Below are positions 1-8,920 of a stretch of DNA of 64,000 bases, one piece after another. The first letter of the stretch is position 1. Each line of letters starts with the position of its first letter. The position numbers were made by a program, and so were the translations under genes. The stretch lies in sequence record OQ689735.1. One strand, written 5' to 3'. The DNA comes from Escherichia phage 4E10. The notes under the pieces are model-generated. The model saw only the letters and a program-made list of their open reading frames with translations. It was not told the origin of the DNA and ran no database searches.

Positions 1-1266
1 AATAGCACCTTTAATACCAGAATCTTTGAGCATATCAGTCAAAATTCCTCGGTGGTATTTTTCCATTACTAAATTAGTTTTTGTCTTAACAATTTTATCA
101 AGTTCTTCTTGAAGCAGTGCTATTTCATCAGCATGGTCAATAAACTCAGAAGATGCTTTTTCTATAGCCGCTTTAACCTTTTTAGCTTTATCTACTGTCG
201 TGATTAGAGATTGCTTTTTATTGCGAATATCATTTGCCAACGACTGCTGGGTTTTAATATTATCTCGGTATTCATCAACAAGAACTTTTAAATTATCACG
301 GTGTGTTGAAAGCTGTTCAAACGAATGCGTGCATTCAGAAACTTTATCTTTAATTTTAGAAACAACTTTATCACCGGAACTCAATTGTGACAAACAGGTT
401 GGACATAATCCACCTTCGTGATACATATTAATGACTTTATTATACGAGTCAATTTTTGATTTAATTAAAACTGCTTCTTGACCGATTTTATTAAATGCAT
501 CAGTCGGGTCTTCGTCTAAAACAATATTAACTAATCTTTCGTTAGCTTCTTCTATTTCCGATTTTAGCGTTCTAGCTTCTTTTGCCAAATCATCATACAT
601 ATTTTGCAGACGAGTAAGGTTGTCACCCGTTAATTTTTTCTGGCGTTCAACGTTATCATTATATATTTTAATTTGTTGGATAATACTATCTTTTTTAACA
701 TCAAGCACTTGGTTTTGTGAATTTAATTCACGTATTAGTGCTTTATTAAGCTTATCCATTTCAGCTAATGTTCCTACCTCAAGCAGGTCTTCCACAAGCT
801 TTCTTCGTGCAGGGGTCGACAAACCCATGAAAGGGGTATACCCTGCTGTACCAAGGACAACAATCTGCTTGAAACTGGCATATGACATTCCGATAAGCTG
901 TTCAAATTCTGCTTGGAAATCTTTACTGCTGGCAGATTCATTAAGACGTGTACCGTTAACGGTGATTTCGAAAACGTTTGGTTTTTGTCCTCTTTTGATA
1001 TAGTACTTTTTCTCATCATATTCCATCCACAGTTCAACTAAAAGTTCTTTCTTATTTGTGCTGTTTATTAATTGACCTTTCTTTACATCACGAAATGGCT
1101 TACCAAAAAGCCCAAATGTGATGGCTTCTAACATAGTAGACTTACCACCGCCATTTCGTCCAGTAATAAGAGTTTTTTGAACCTTATCTAATTGAATGTC
1201 AATAGGATTTCCACCTACTGACATTATATTTTGATACCTAACTCGGTTTAGTTTAAAATTCTTCAC
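1..1266 (-). CDS. 46: Recombination endonuclease subunit gp46 (Rad50/SbcC-like ATPase), N-terminal ~420 aa; 3' end lies beyond window start
   Basis: Minus-strand frame from GTG at 1264-1266 reads MKNFKLNRVRYQNIMSVGG...GRNGGGKST (Walker A); positions 1-60 translate to KYHRGILTDMLKDSGIKGAI, matching recalled T4 gp46. AAGGA ribosome-binding site upstream. Not in ORF track because it is truncated. Confidence 0.9.
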   Translation of the reverse strand, partial: MKNFKLNRVRYQNIMSVGGNPIDIQLDKVQKTLITGRNGGGKSTMLEAITFGLFGKPFRDVKKGQLINSTNKKELLVELWMEYDEKKYYIKRGQKPNVFEITVNGTRLNESASSKDFQAEFEQLIGMSYASFKQIVVLGTAGYTPFMGLSTPARRKLVEDLLEVGTLAEMDKLNKALIRELNSQNQVLDVKKDSIIQQIKIYNDNVERQKKLTGDNLTRLQNMYDDLAKEARTLKSEIEEANERLVNIVLDEDPTDAFNKIGQEAVLIKSKIDSYNKVINMYHEGGLCPTCLSQLSSGDKVVSKIKDKVSECTHSFEQLSTHRDNLKVLVDEYRDNIKTQQSLANDIRNKKQSLITTVDKAKKVKAAIEKASSEFIDHADEIALLQEELDKIVKTKTNLVMEKYHRGILTDMLKDSGIKGAI

Positions 1267-1478
1267 AAAAGATTCCTTTTAATGTATCTTTTAGACCATT
1301 CTATCATATCATCATAATCTAAAAAGTATTCATCAAATTCAGCCATACAAACAACACCTTGTGCTGCTTTTGATGTGATATAAATTATTCCAACATATCT
1401 AGAATCTTCTTCGGTATAATCAATATTTGCTATGAATTCATCATTAATGTCAAATGTCGAAAACTTCACAGTATGCAT
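1263..1478 (-). CDS. Hypothetical small protein (46.1-like); start uncertain
   Basis: ORF track 1263..1526; an internal ATG at 1478 gives an MHTVKFSTFD start and avoids a long overlap with the upstream ORF. Confidence 0.35.
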   Translation of the reverse strand: MHTVKFSTFDINDEFIANIDYTEEDSRYVGIIYITSKAAQGVVCMAEFDEYFLDYDDMIEWSKRYIKRNLL

Positions 1479-1713
1479 CCTTAATACAAGATACAGCCAT
1501 ATCTTGTAATGATTTAGGTGTGTCATTATCTAAAATGTTGAAGTTAAAAGATACAGCCCAGTCAGTGCAGACTGTAACCTTTTTAATACAATTATCTTCA
1601 ACCTCTAACGGTTCAAACCAATATTCAATAATTTCTTTATGCCCAATATCATCTTTTACTTCGCATTCAAAATGCTGACTCATCATAACATTTTTAAATT
1701 CATCAAAAGTCAT
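1450..1713 (-). CDS. Hypothetical protein (46.2-like)
   Basis: ORF track, 87 aa, co-oriented and tightly packed between genes 47 and 46. Confidence 0.5.
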   Translation of the reverse strand: MTFDEFKNVMMSQHFECEVKDDIGHKEIIEYWFEPLEVEDNCIKKVTVCTDWAVSFNFNILDNDTPKSLQDMAVSCIKDAYCEVFDI

Positions 1714-2729
1714 TGTGTTGCCTCTACATATAGCTGGTTTGCATATTGAATAAGTGCTTCACGGTCAGAATCAGTGATGTCTGGAATTGCATTAATGTAT
1801 TCTTCCATCAACGTCTGAAGAGATTGAACTTCAACTTCTTCACTGTCATCTGACTCGACAGAGTTATCAATTTTTGACACAACTCGTAATGAATGCACAA
1901 CTTTTTCTAGTTCAGATTCGAACTTCGTTAGATTTTTGTCTACTTCAGTTACTATAACACGTACTGATAGATTTGTAAAATCTTTATAGTCAATTTTTCC
2001 TTTAAATGGATAATGAATTCTACGATGCCAGGTAGTGTTGTTTGGAATAAATTCCATTCGTTCTGTTTCTGTATCAAACATCCAGAACCCACGAGGGTCA
2101 TTCTCGTCACCTGCAGTTAGTGTCCATGGTGTCCCAATATATCTGACGTTAGCAGCCTCAGAGATAGTATGGAAGTGACCAGACCACACTTCTTTATAAG
2201 TCTTAAGGAAATCAGGTTCAAGACCATGAGATTTCATTCCTTTATAAAAATAAAATCCGTTCAGTTCCCAGTGACCAACGCAAAAAGAAGCAGATGAAGT
2301 TTTGATGTGTTCAAGAATTTCACCAGTATTTTCTTCACACATCCAAGGAATTAAATCAATTAAACATCCGTCAAAATCTACTGTAGTAGGCTTATCATAT
2401 ACTTTAACATTAGGATATTTAGCCAAAAGCTCAGTAGAGGCATTTGGAGTTAAAGTATTTTTAAAGTGCATATCATGGTTTCCTACAACAGTATGTAGGG
2501 TAATACCAGCATCATCAAGCATTTGAACTATTTCACGAGCGAACTCCATAGTTTTATGCGTGATTGCTTTTCGCACATCAAAAATATCGCCGTATTGAAT
2601 CCATGTAGTAATTCCATTTTTCTTAGAATATTCTATTGCTTGTTTAATTCCATCCAACTGAATGGATTGAACCCACTCATCATCGGCTTTAACGCCTAAA
2701 TGCCAATCACCTAAATTTAAAATTTTCAT
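1710..2729 (-). CDS. 47: Recombination nuclease gp47 (Mre11/SbcD-like)
   Basis: 339 aa starting MKILNLGDWHLG with metallophosphoesterase motifs (GDxHxG, GNHD); matches recalled T4 gp47. Confidence 0.93.
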   Translation of the reverse strand: MKILNLGDWHLGVKADDEWVQSIQLDGIKQAIEYSKKNGITTWIQYGDIFDVRKAITHKTMEFAREIVQMLDDAGITLHTVVGNHDMHFKNTLTPNASTELLAKYPNVKVYDKPTTVDFDGCLIDLIPWMCEENTGEILEHIKTSSASFCVGHWELNGFYFYKGMKSHGLEPDFLKTYKEVWSGHFHTISEAANVRYIGTPWTLTAGDENDPRGFWMFDTETERMEFIPNNTTWHRRIHYPFKGKIDYKDFTNLSVRVIVTEVDKNLTKFESELEKVVHSLRVVSKIDNSVESDDSEEVEVQSLQTLMEEYINAIPDITDSDREALIQYANQLYVEATQ

Positions 2730-2890
2730 ATATCAAGAACCGTCATTGAAATGCAAAATAAAATTATTGAAATAAACCCATCTGGTGTGCTAAAGAACCC
2801 AATCCAACATGCTCTAGTGAATAGATAAAATGCGAGAAAAAGTATCACATATCCAAGAAATATCATTATATCAAACTCCGTATAAAGCTA

Positions 2891-2906
2891 AAGGGCCGAA
2901 GCCCTT
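2891..2906 (-). terminator. UUCG-tetraloop hairpin after agt (weak terminator or RNA-stability element)
   Basis: AGGGC-TTCG-GCCCT on the minus transcript directly after the agt stop; no clear U-tract. Confidence 0.35.
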
Positions 2907-4108
2907 TATTTTGTAATAATGTCAAACTGTTCTTTAAAGCAGAAGCTTGAATCTTGATGCTGATACAAAAATTCATATGCTTTTTCTCGCTCACGGTCAT
3001 AAAGAGCTCGGTCAGATGACAGTTCTTTAATACGCTCAAATGTTGATTCCATATCATTTTCATCAAACCAAATGATACCGCTATCATGCGAGGTCAAAGG
3101 AGTATTATCAACACGGAATTTTAAATTTTCGCCAGTAGATTTCCAGAAAACAGGAATTGTTCCACATGCACCAAGCTCGAGATGAGTATATTCTAAAGAA
3201 CGTTGTAGATATTTTTTATCCAACTTACTCAACTGATAACCAAAACCGGATTTACTCATACGTTCAAGCATTTCGCTATTTACATAACGGTCAAGAATTT
3301 GCGTTGGCAAATTAGGAGCAATTTTAATTTGGTCTACTTGATGAAGACGATAATACTCGTATGGAATTCCTTTTTCTTTAATAGGAATGAACGCTGGAGA
3401 ACGTTCCAGACCTTCCATAATAGTACTTAGTCCTGCAGGTTTAAGATGTTTTTCATGAAAATCAAACATCTGATAAAAACCTTTCCATGTAGTCGTGCGA
3501 CCAATCCAACGGTTGATATTCATGTTAATTTCAGAAACATCTTTCCAGTAGGTTGACCGAACCTTCGCAATATCCATAGGAGGCTGAAAGTTATATACGG
3601 TCGGTGCTTCTTCAATATCATCAAACAGAGAAACAGTTTCTGGATACCATTCTTTCATCAGAACTTTATTAAAATCGCCATTATCAGAATGGCTAAAAAT
3701 AACATCAGCTCGACGAACAGTTTCTTCTAATCCCAAATTTCGACGCAAAGAAAGAGAAGAATGGTCATGTTGATAAACTACAACACGAACAGAAGGTTTA
3801 ATGTTATCAATAATTTTTTTATAGTTATTAATAGTGTCTTCTTCAACCGAAGTAGCAGGAACTGAATTGATAATTAGAATATCACAATCATTTACCAGCT
3901 TAAGTGTTTTATCATATTCTTTTGCCAATAAAACCGGAATTGAAAATGATTTATAATCATGCGCGCAATTACGAGTAAATGATTTATCTTTAGCATAAAC
4001 CAAAGTTACTTCATGACCATTCTTAATAAACCAATCACGTTGCTCAAGAGAAAATTTAGTTACACCACAACCTTCAAGACCTCGAGCCATAAAAATACAT
4101 ACTTTCAT
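2906..4108 (-). CDS. agt: DNA alpha-glucosyltransferase
   Basis: 400 aa, MKVCIFMARGLEGCGVTKFSLEQRDWF...; near-identical to recalled T4 Agt with scattered substitutions. Confidence 0.9.
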   Translation of the reverse strand: MKVCIFMARGLEGCGVTKFSLEQRDWFIKNGHEVTLVYAKDKSFTRNCAHDYKSFSIPVLLAKEYDKTLKLVNDCDILIINSVPATSVEEDTINNYKKIIDNIKPSVRVVVYQHDHSSLSLRRNLGLEETVRRADVIFSHSDNGDFNKVLMKEWYPETVSLFDDIEEAPTVYNFQPPMDIAKVRSTYWKDVSEINMNINRWIGRTTTWKGFYQMFDFHEKHLKPAGLSTIMEGLERSPAFIPIKEKGIPYEYYRLHQVDQIKIAPNLPTQILDRYVNSEMLERMSKSGFGYQLSKLDKKYLQRSLEYTHLELGACGTIPVFWKSTGENLKFRVDNTPLTSHDSGIIWFDENDMESTFERIKELSSDRALYDREREKAYEFLYQHQDSSFCFKEQFDIITK

Positions 4109-4174
4109 TTAATATCCTCTTTGTTTTGGTTTATTTTACCAAAAATTTATAAAGCAATATAGGAGCCGAAGCTC

Positions 4175-4291
4175 CTATCCACATAATACGCCATACAGAG
4201 GCTCGTTAGAACTTTTAAATTTTATGCGCTTATATTTTATAGTTCCTTCTGCTTTAGCTTTATCATGAGACTCTTTAAAGCGTCTCATCAT
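4175..4291 (-). CDS. Small basic protein (38 aa), below ORF-track size cutoff
   Basis: ATG at 4289-4291 preceded by AAGAGGAAA; translates MMRRFKESHDKAKAEGTIKYKRIKFKSSNEPLYGVLCG; followed by a GGAGC-CGAA-GCTCC hairpin. Confidence 0.3.
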   Translation of the reverse strand: MMRRFKESHDKAKAEGTIKYKRIKFKSSNEPLYGVLCG

Positions 4292-4351
4292 TTCCTCTTT
4301 AGAGGAACGAATTTTATTATAATCTATTTCAGAAGTCTGGGTGTTCATCTT

Positions 4352-4558
4352 TCATAATTGCCACCATTTTTTGACTTGATAAGAATCAACCCACACTTTC
4401 ATATTAGGGTCTGCTCTTACAATAGGAGGATTAACTTCTTTAATTGAACTATCATGGTATTCTTTTTCAGAAATTTTCACACAAAGATGACCATTCAAAG
4501 ATTCAGTAAATCCTGCATTAATTTTAAGACGCTTGAATTTTACGTGTGTAAGCATCAA
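4352..4558 (-). CDS. Hypothetical protein
   Basis: ORF track 68 aa; overlaps upstream ORF, start likely internal. Confidence 0.4.
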   Translation of the reverse strand: MMLTHVKFKRLKINAGFTESLNGHLCVKISEKEYHDSSIKEVNPPIVRADPNMKVWVDSYQVKKWWQL

Positions 4559-4841
4559 TCATATCCTCAATTTGCGATCTAGTAGTCTTCCAAAGAATAC
4601 TGATGAGTTCATCGTTATATGGCTGTTTTAGAATATCCCGACTTTTCTTGATAGCATATTCGTATTGAGCAAAATTATTGTTTTCAGCTGCGATCTGAGC
4701 GTGCTTATAAAGACGATTCAGTTCGCGTTTGTTTTTAGACAATAACTTATTTGCTTTTCTTTCTGCTTCAAGACGGTTCTTTTCTTCAATAGAAGAAATA
4801 AGCTTTTCCACTTCATCATTAATTTCGGGTTTATCAGTCAT
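4524..4841 (-). CDS. Hypothetical protein (predicted helical)
   Basis: ORF track 105 aa, co-directional and tightly packed. Confidence 0.5.
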   Translation of the reverse strand: MTDKPEINDEVEKLISSIEEKNRLEAERKANKLLSKNKRELNRLYKHAQIAAENNNFAQYEYAIKKSRDILKQPYNDELISILWKTTRSQIEDMIDAYTRKIQAS

Positions 4842-4842
4842 A

Positions 4843-5061
4843 TTATTTCTCTAATATAAAATAAAAATCATCATCTGTTAAATGATACCGATAGTTTAAT
4901 TCTACACCATTAGATTTAAAAGCGGTATCATACGGATTTTCTGGATCAATATCAATGTCAAGAGCTAAAACTTCCCTGAGATACATTTTAAGTAAATAGG
5001 GAATAGCTTCAACTTCAGGTATTTCTTCCAAGAATCCGGAGAGGTTAATCGTTAGCCTCAT
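4843..5061 (-). CDS. Hypothetical protein
   Basis: ORF track 72 aa immediately downstream of gene 55. Confidence 0.5.
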
Positions 5062-5602
5062 ATAAAAAATCCAAACTAGGAGAATCGTCTACAACACTTT
5101 TCTTTTCAGCCCCCGGTGTTCTATAGGTTGATTCTTCGTAATGCGTCATTTTATCGTAGATGTCTTGAATAAAAGTTTCATCTACTAACGCAACCATATC
5201 GTCGTCACGACTGTCATAGACATTGTGAACGAAGTAACTATATTTCTTTGCAACTTCCTTACGTTCTTTTTTAATACGTTGGACGAATGCATTAAAACAA
5301 GCTTGAGTTATATACGCATGTGGGTTTTTATATTTCGTTTCATCAAAATTATGAAGCCCCTTAATAGAAGCTTCTATACCATCTGCAATCATTTCTTGTT
5401 TCCAAGACTGGGTGTATCCTGAAAAGTTGAAACGTTTAGATAAGCCTTCTGCAATAAGCATAATGGCTAATCCGATAGTATCATTCTGACGAACTACTTT
5501 ATTTGGGTCTTTATTATTTGCTAATTCTGTTTTCCAATCAATAATAGCTTGTAAAAGCTCTTTATTGTTTACGTAATTATATTTAGGCTTAGTTTCTGAC
5601 AT
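5045..5602 (-). CDS. 55: Late-transcription sigma factor gp55
   Basis: 185 aa from ATG at 5602 (RBS GAGGTG): [30 protein letters not shown]...; matches recalled T4 gp55. Confidence 0.93.
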
Positions 5603-5680
5603 TTTCACCTCTTAGCTCAATTCATAGATCTATTATATCATAATATTTGAAGATCTATCTTAAAGCATAGAGGATATCAG

Positions 5681-5950
5681 TTATCTAAGTAAGCAGTATG
5701 CTTGGAACACTTTCTCCATCATCTTTTTAAATTCATGAATATCTATGTAATGATCATTAATATCAGCGCGATATAAAAAGTCTAAAAACTTTTTATGGGT
5801 ATTAGAATATTTACTTCCAGTTAATTCAGAAACATGGCTTTCCCAATATCCAACACCAGTTTTATTTGGGAAAAATGAAATTTTCATGTATTGGTCAACA
5901 TAGAAAATACCAAAATTTTCAATAGCAATAGAAATATTAATTAATTTCAT
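5681..5950 (-). CDS. Hypothetical protein
   Basis: ORF track 89 aa. Confidence 0.5.
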   Translation of the reverse strand: MKLINISIAIENFGIFYVDQYMKISFFPNKTGVGYWESHVSELTGSKYSNTHKKFLDFLYRADINDHYIDIHEFKKMMEKVFQAYCLLR

Positions 5951-6162
5951 ACATTCATCAACTTAGCCGCTTCAAGAGCTGCATCTAGTGAATCAAACTG
6001 GTCAACGTATTCAATCAATTCGCCATAATTGGCATATAACCACCATTGGCTAAATTCATACTCAAGGATGAATCCGTTTCCTTCAATTTGAGTTAAACCA
6101 ATGCCATTTGTATTTACTTCATACCCAGCAAGACGTAAATCGTTAATAAGAGCTTCGTTCAT
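5947..6162 (-). CDS. Hypothetical protein
   Basis: ORF track 71 aa; 4-bp overlap with neighbour typical of phage operons. Confidence 0.5.
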   Translation of the reverse strand: MNEALINDLRLAGYEVNTNGIGLTQIEGNGFILEYEFSQWWLYANYGELIEYVDQFDSLDAALEAAKLMNV

Positions 6163-6164
6163 AA

Positions 6165-6491
6165 TTATACCTTAGTAATTTTCAGGTCTGCAAATTTTTT
6201 CTTACGTTGATTTTTCATGCGACGAATAGTTTTATCGGAAATTTCATGCTTTTGATAAGCTTTAGATTCTACACCAAAAGCTTTAACATCAAATTCTGAC
6301 AAGATATATTGAACCAACAATTCACGGACAGTGTTGCGTCCAATCTTCTGATCATTCTGTTTCATCGTCTGATGAAGCTCTTTTTCCCATTTATCCAAAA
6401 TTTGAGGAGTTACAATATCGCCTTTTTCTAACAAAGAAACTACTTTATCATATGCGTAAGAATTGATGGCGTTTTTAATTTGAATAGTCAT
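6165..6491 (-). CDS. Hypothetical protein
   Basis: ORF track 108 aa. Confidence 0.55.
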   Translation of the reverse strand: MTIQIKNAINSYAYDKVVSLLEKGDIVTPQILDKWEKELHQTMKQNDQKIGRNTVRELLVQYILSEFDVKAFGVESKAYQKHEISDKTIRRMKNQRKKKFADLKITKV

Positions 6492-6525
6492 ACATTATCC
6501 TCAATTACGTTAAAATTTTATTATC

Positions 6526-6544
6526 CAAAAAGGGCCGAAGCCCT
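6526..6544 (-). terminator. Rho-independent terminator
   Basis: Minus strand AGGGC-TTCG-GCCCT followed by TTTTTGG. Confidence 0.6.
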
Positions 6545-6744
6545 TAGCTAAACTTTTTGGCACCCTTCCAGCCTTCATACATCATTGCGGCTGATATTAA
6601 TATTGCTCCTGAGCAACTTGAATATTTGTGATTCCAAAACCAGTTTAGAAAAACTTCGTCATCAATACCTTGGGCTATCATATTTTCAAAGAACTGACGA
6701 CGAGCTTCGGCAATTCGCTGCGATAATTTAGATTCAGGATTCAT
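6544..6744 (-). CDS. Hypothetical protein
   Basis: ORF track 66 aa; terminator hairpin directly after its stop. Confidence 0.5.
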   Translation of the reverse strand: MNPESKLSQRIAEARRQFFENMIAQGIDDEVFLNWFWNHKYSSCSGAILISAAMMYEGWKGAKKFS

Positions 6745-6876
6745 TTAAATTTCCCAATTGCCATTTTCATCAATAAATTTAATCCAGTCATTTACTGACC
6801 ACTTAGTTGTATCACCTTTTGGAGTAACATTTAAAGTGTATAACCCCTGCTTAAAAAGCATTCGTTTGATATTCAT
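6745..6876 (-). CDS. Small protein (~43 aa), below ORF-track cutoff
   Basis: ATG at 6874-6876 preceded by GAGGAAAAT; TAA overlaps the ATG of the downstream gene (TAAATG). Confidence 0.35.
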   Translation of the reverse strand: MNIKRMLFKQGLYTLNVTPKGDTTKWSVNDWIKFIDENGNWEI

Positions 6877-6883
6877 ATTTTCC

Positions 6884-7177
6884 TCAGCTGTAACGATAAC
6901 ACTCGTTTGATTTACGTTTAGCAACTCGTTGAGATGTATTATAATCTAATTCATCGTCGATGTAAACATCTTTTTTCAACTTTCTCACTTCATTACGTAA
7001 TTGACGATTTAATTCATTCTTAACCTCTGAATCAACACCTCGCATACGTCGCCATTTATCTGAACGAAAAATGTTTTCAACCATATCTTTATGACTTACA
7101 CCATCAGGAGCTTTACGCTTTCCGAAATAGTCATAATCACGTACTTTTAAATCTTTACGACGATACGTTTTACCCAT
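6884..7177 (-). CDS. Hypothetical basic protein
   Basis: ORF track 6884..7222; start trimmed to internal ATG (MGKTYRRKDLKV) to avoid overlap. Confidence 0.45.
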   Translation of the reverse strand: MGKTYRRKDLKVRDYDYFGKRKAPDGVSHKDMVENIFRSDKWRRMRGVDSEVKNELNRQLRNEVRKLKKDVYIDDELDYNTSQRVAKRKSNECYRYS

Positions 7178-7352
7178 GGAGTTTAATTTCCTTAGCAACT
7201 GAACTAAATACAGCACGGTCACAAATCATGTGTTTATGTAACTTAAGTATAATATAGCAAACTTCAAAACTATTTACATGAGTAACACGAACAGCATTAC
7301 CATTAATAAAATAATACTGTCCCTTTTTAATTTCTTTATCAACCACAACCAT
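7170..7352 (-). CDS. Hypothetical protein
   Basis: ORF track 60 aa, first gene downstream of the early promoter at 7383-7413. Confidence 0.45.
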   Translation of the reverse strand: MVVVDKEIKKGQYYFINGNAVRVTHVNSFEVCYIILKLHKHMICDRAVFSSVAKEIKLHG

Positions 7353-7382
7353 ATCAAATCCTCAAAGGCAATTCATATGTTA

Positions 7383-7413
7383 ATAATACCACGGTTTGAA
7401 CTTGTTGTAAACA
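7383..7413 (-). promoter_or_regulatory. T4-type early promoter
   Basis: Minus strand GTTTAC, 19 nt spacer, TGG-TATTAT. Confidence 0.55.
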
Positions 7414-7480
7414 ACTTTGTGAAAATATTTTAGGGAATGACAAGAAGGGAACGATAGCTTAGAATGGTAATATACAGAAT

Positions 7481-7505
7481 GCGAGAAAGAAAGGCCCAGA
7501 GGGCC
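7481..7505 (-). terminator. Rho-independent terminator downstream of nrdH
   Basis: Minus strand GGCCC-TCT-GGGCC followed by TTTCTTTCT. Confidence 0.5.
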
Positions 7506-7509
7506 CGTC

Positions 7510-7833
7510 TTAATCTTCTATGATATCTCTATCATATCCAAGTGAAATGAGAGTTTCTTTGAAGTGTTTAATGTTCTTTTGCCTAGAATCATTAATGAAA
7601 ATGACCGGATACCGAATATTAAGAGATGTGAATCCGGCGCGTTTGGCAAGAGATACAATCAGTGGACGATCATACTCAATCTTACCATTATTAGTAAGAA
7701 CTTTATAGAAAGTAAAAGGAGCATTGAGCTCCTTTAGAAGTTTTGTAACTGATTGACATCCAGGACAACGACCTACTTCATCTGGAATTCCATAGACTTC
7801 AATCTTATTCTTTAAGTTCGAGTTTTGTTCCAC
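7510..7833 (-). CDS. nrdH: Glutaredoxin/NrdH-like redoxin (CxxC thioredoxin fold)
   Basis: KIEVYGIPDEVGRCPGCQSVTKLL motif; ORF track extends to 7962 but a GTG at 7833 has an AAGGAA site 9 nt upstream. Start is uncertain. Confidence 0.55.
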   Translation of the reverse strand: MEQNSNLKNKIEVYGIPDEVGRCPGCQSVTKLLKELNAPFTFYKVLTNNGKIEYDRPLIVSLAKRAGFTSLNIRYPVIFINDSRQKNIKHFKETLISLGYDRDIIED

Positions 7834-8116
7834 GAGAAATAATTCCTTGGTAAGCCCAATAAGGAGGATTAACAGAATCCTCACCAGAGTTTTCTTCAGG
7901 AAAATAAACCTGGATAACGAAGCCGGATTCATCAAAGGTAAAATAAACCGTAGGCAGTTCACCTAACAAATCGGCACGAGCGTTGATTTCTTCGAGGTCT
8001 TGTTCACGTCCAGCCCAGAAGCTTGGGTTCAGACTACATTCATAGAAATAATAGTCATTACCGAACATATCAAAACCATTCCAACTCTCTACTACATACC
8101 GCTCAAAACTAATCAT
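7805..8116 (-). CDS. Hypothetical protein
   Basis: ORF track 103 aa. Confidence 0.5.
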   Translation of the reverse strand: MISFERYVVESWNGFDMFGNDYYFYECSLNPSFWAGREQDLEEINARADLLGELPTVYFTFDESGFVIQVYFPEENSGEDSVNPPYWAYQGIISRGTKLELKE

Positions 8117-8118
8117 AA

Positions 8119-8334
8119 TTAAGCCTTTTTATCAAGAACCGCATTCAGCTTGTTAGTAATTTTATCCAGACGCTCATTGAACTCACTAGAAGATAAGCCC
8201 TTTTCTGGAGAAATTAAACTAATCACGAAAAATACAACAATAAAAGGAATAAGAAAAATAGCTCCAACTGCCATAAACAGAAAGAACGTTACAGTTGTAA
8301 GAAAATCAGCTAAACCTTTACGAAATTTATACAT
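8119..8334 (-). CDS. Small membrane protein (one long hydrophobic segment)
   Basis: ORF track 71 aa; hydrophobic stretch TVTFFLFMAVGAIFLIPFIVVFFVISL. Confidence 0.5.
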   Translation of the reverse strand: MYKFRKGLADFLTTVTFFLFMAVGAIFLIPFIVVFFVISLISPEKGLSSSEFNERLDKITNKLNAVLDKKA

Positions 8335-8449
8335 ATTTTACCCTTAATTGATTAACCAAGCATTGATAAGCACTAAACTATATTGCGAATAAAATTCTGG
8401 ACCAAAATGAAAAATCATATCATTTATAGTGTCCATAATATAATTCAAT

Positions 8450-8920
8450 TTAATCATGTTTCCACACCCCATCGGTATTTGACCAAAGTCGCTGATTATC
8501 TGATCCTCGCCACAGCTTTTTAGTCGGAAGATTTTTCTCATACTTCCCATCAATAATAACATCAACATATTTAAGCATTTCTAGTTGTTTAATATCTTCA
8601 AACTTATATCCTGTCCACAACCAAATGCTTTTATTGGGATAAAGATTTTTAATAGTTTGAACCACAGAGTGAATCACGTCTCTGTTATCAGGATAGAGAG
8701 GGTCACCTCCGGTTATAGTCAATCCTTCTATATAATCATTATTCAAACATTCAATTAATTGTTCTAGTGTTTCACCAGTGAATGGAACACCATTTCTAGC
8801 ATTCCATGTTGATTTATTATAACACCCTTCGCATTTATGCAAACAACCTGTAACGAAAAGAACGGTCCTGCAGCCAGGACCATTAACAAAATCGCAAGGA
8901 TAAAATCTATCATAATTCAT
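8450..8920 (-). CDS. nrdG: Anaerobic ribonucleotide reductase activating protein (radical SAM)
   Basis: 156 aa with CxxxCxxC-type cluster (GCLHKCEGCYN); matches recalled T4 NrdG; overlaps nrdD by 4 bp. Confidence 0.9.
   Translation of the reverse strand: MNYDRFYPCDFVNGPGCRTVLFVTGCLHKCEGCYNKSTWNARNGVPFTGETLEQLIECLNNDYIEGLTITGGDPLYPDNRDVIHSVVQTIKNLYPNKSIWLWTGYKFEDIKQLEMLKYVDVIIDGKYEKNLPTKKLWRGSDNQRLWSNTDGVWKHD

Noticed and set aside
200-1003. Plus-strand ORFs 200..421 and 620..1003
   Set aside because: They are antisense to the well-supported gp46 reading frame; no ribosome-binding sites; typical shadow ORFs of AT-rich phage DNA.
2866-3087. Minus-strand ORF 2866..3087 overlapping the 3' end of agt
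   Set aside because: Alternative frame inside the agt coding sequence; no independent start signal.
8344-8568. Minus-strand ORF 8344..8568 overlapping the 3' end of nrdG
   Set aside because: Mostly an alternative frame of nrdG; at most a very short peptide could be encoded in the 8335-8449 gap and no clear start signal was found.
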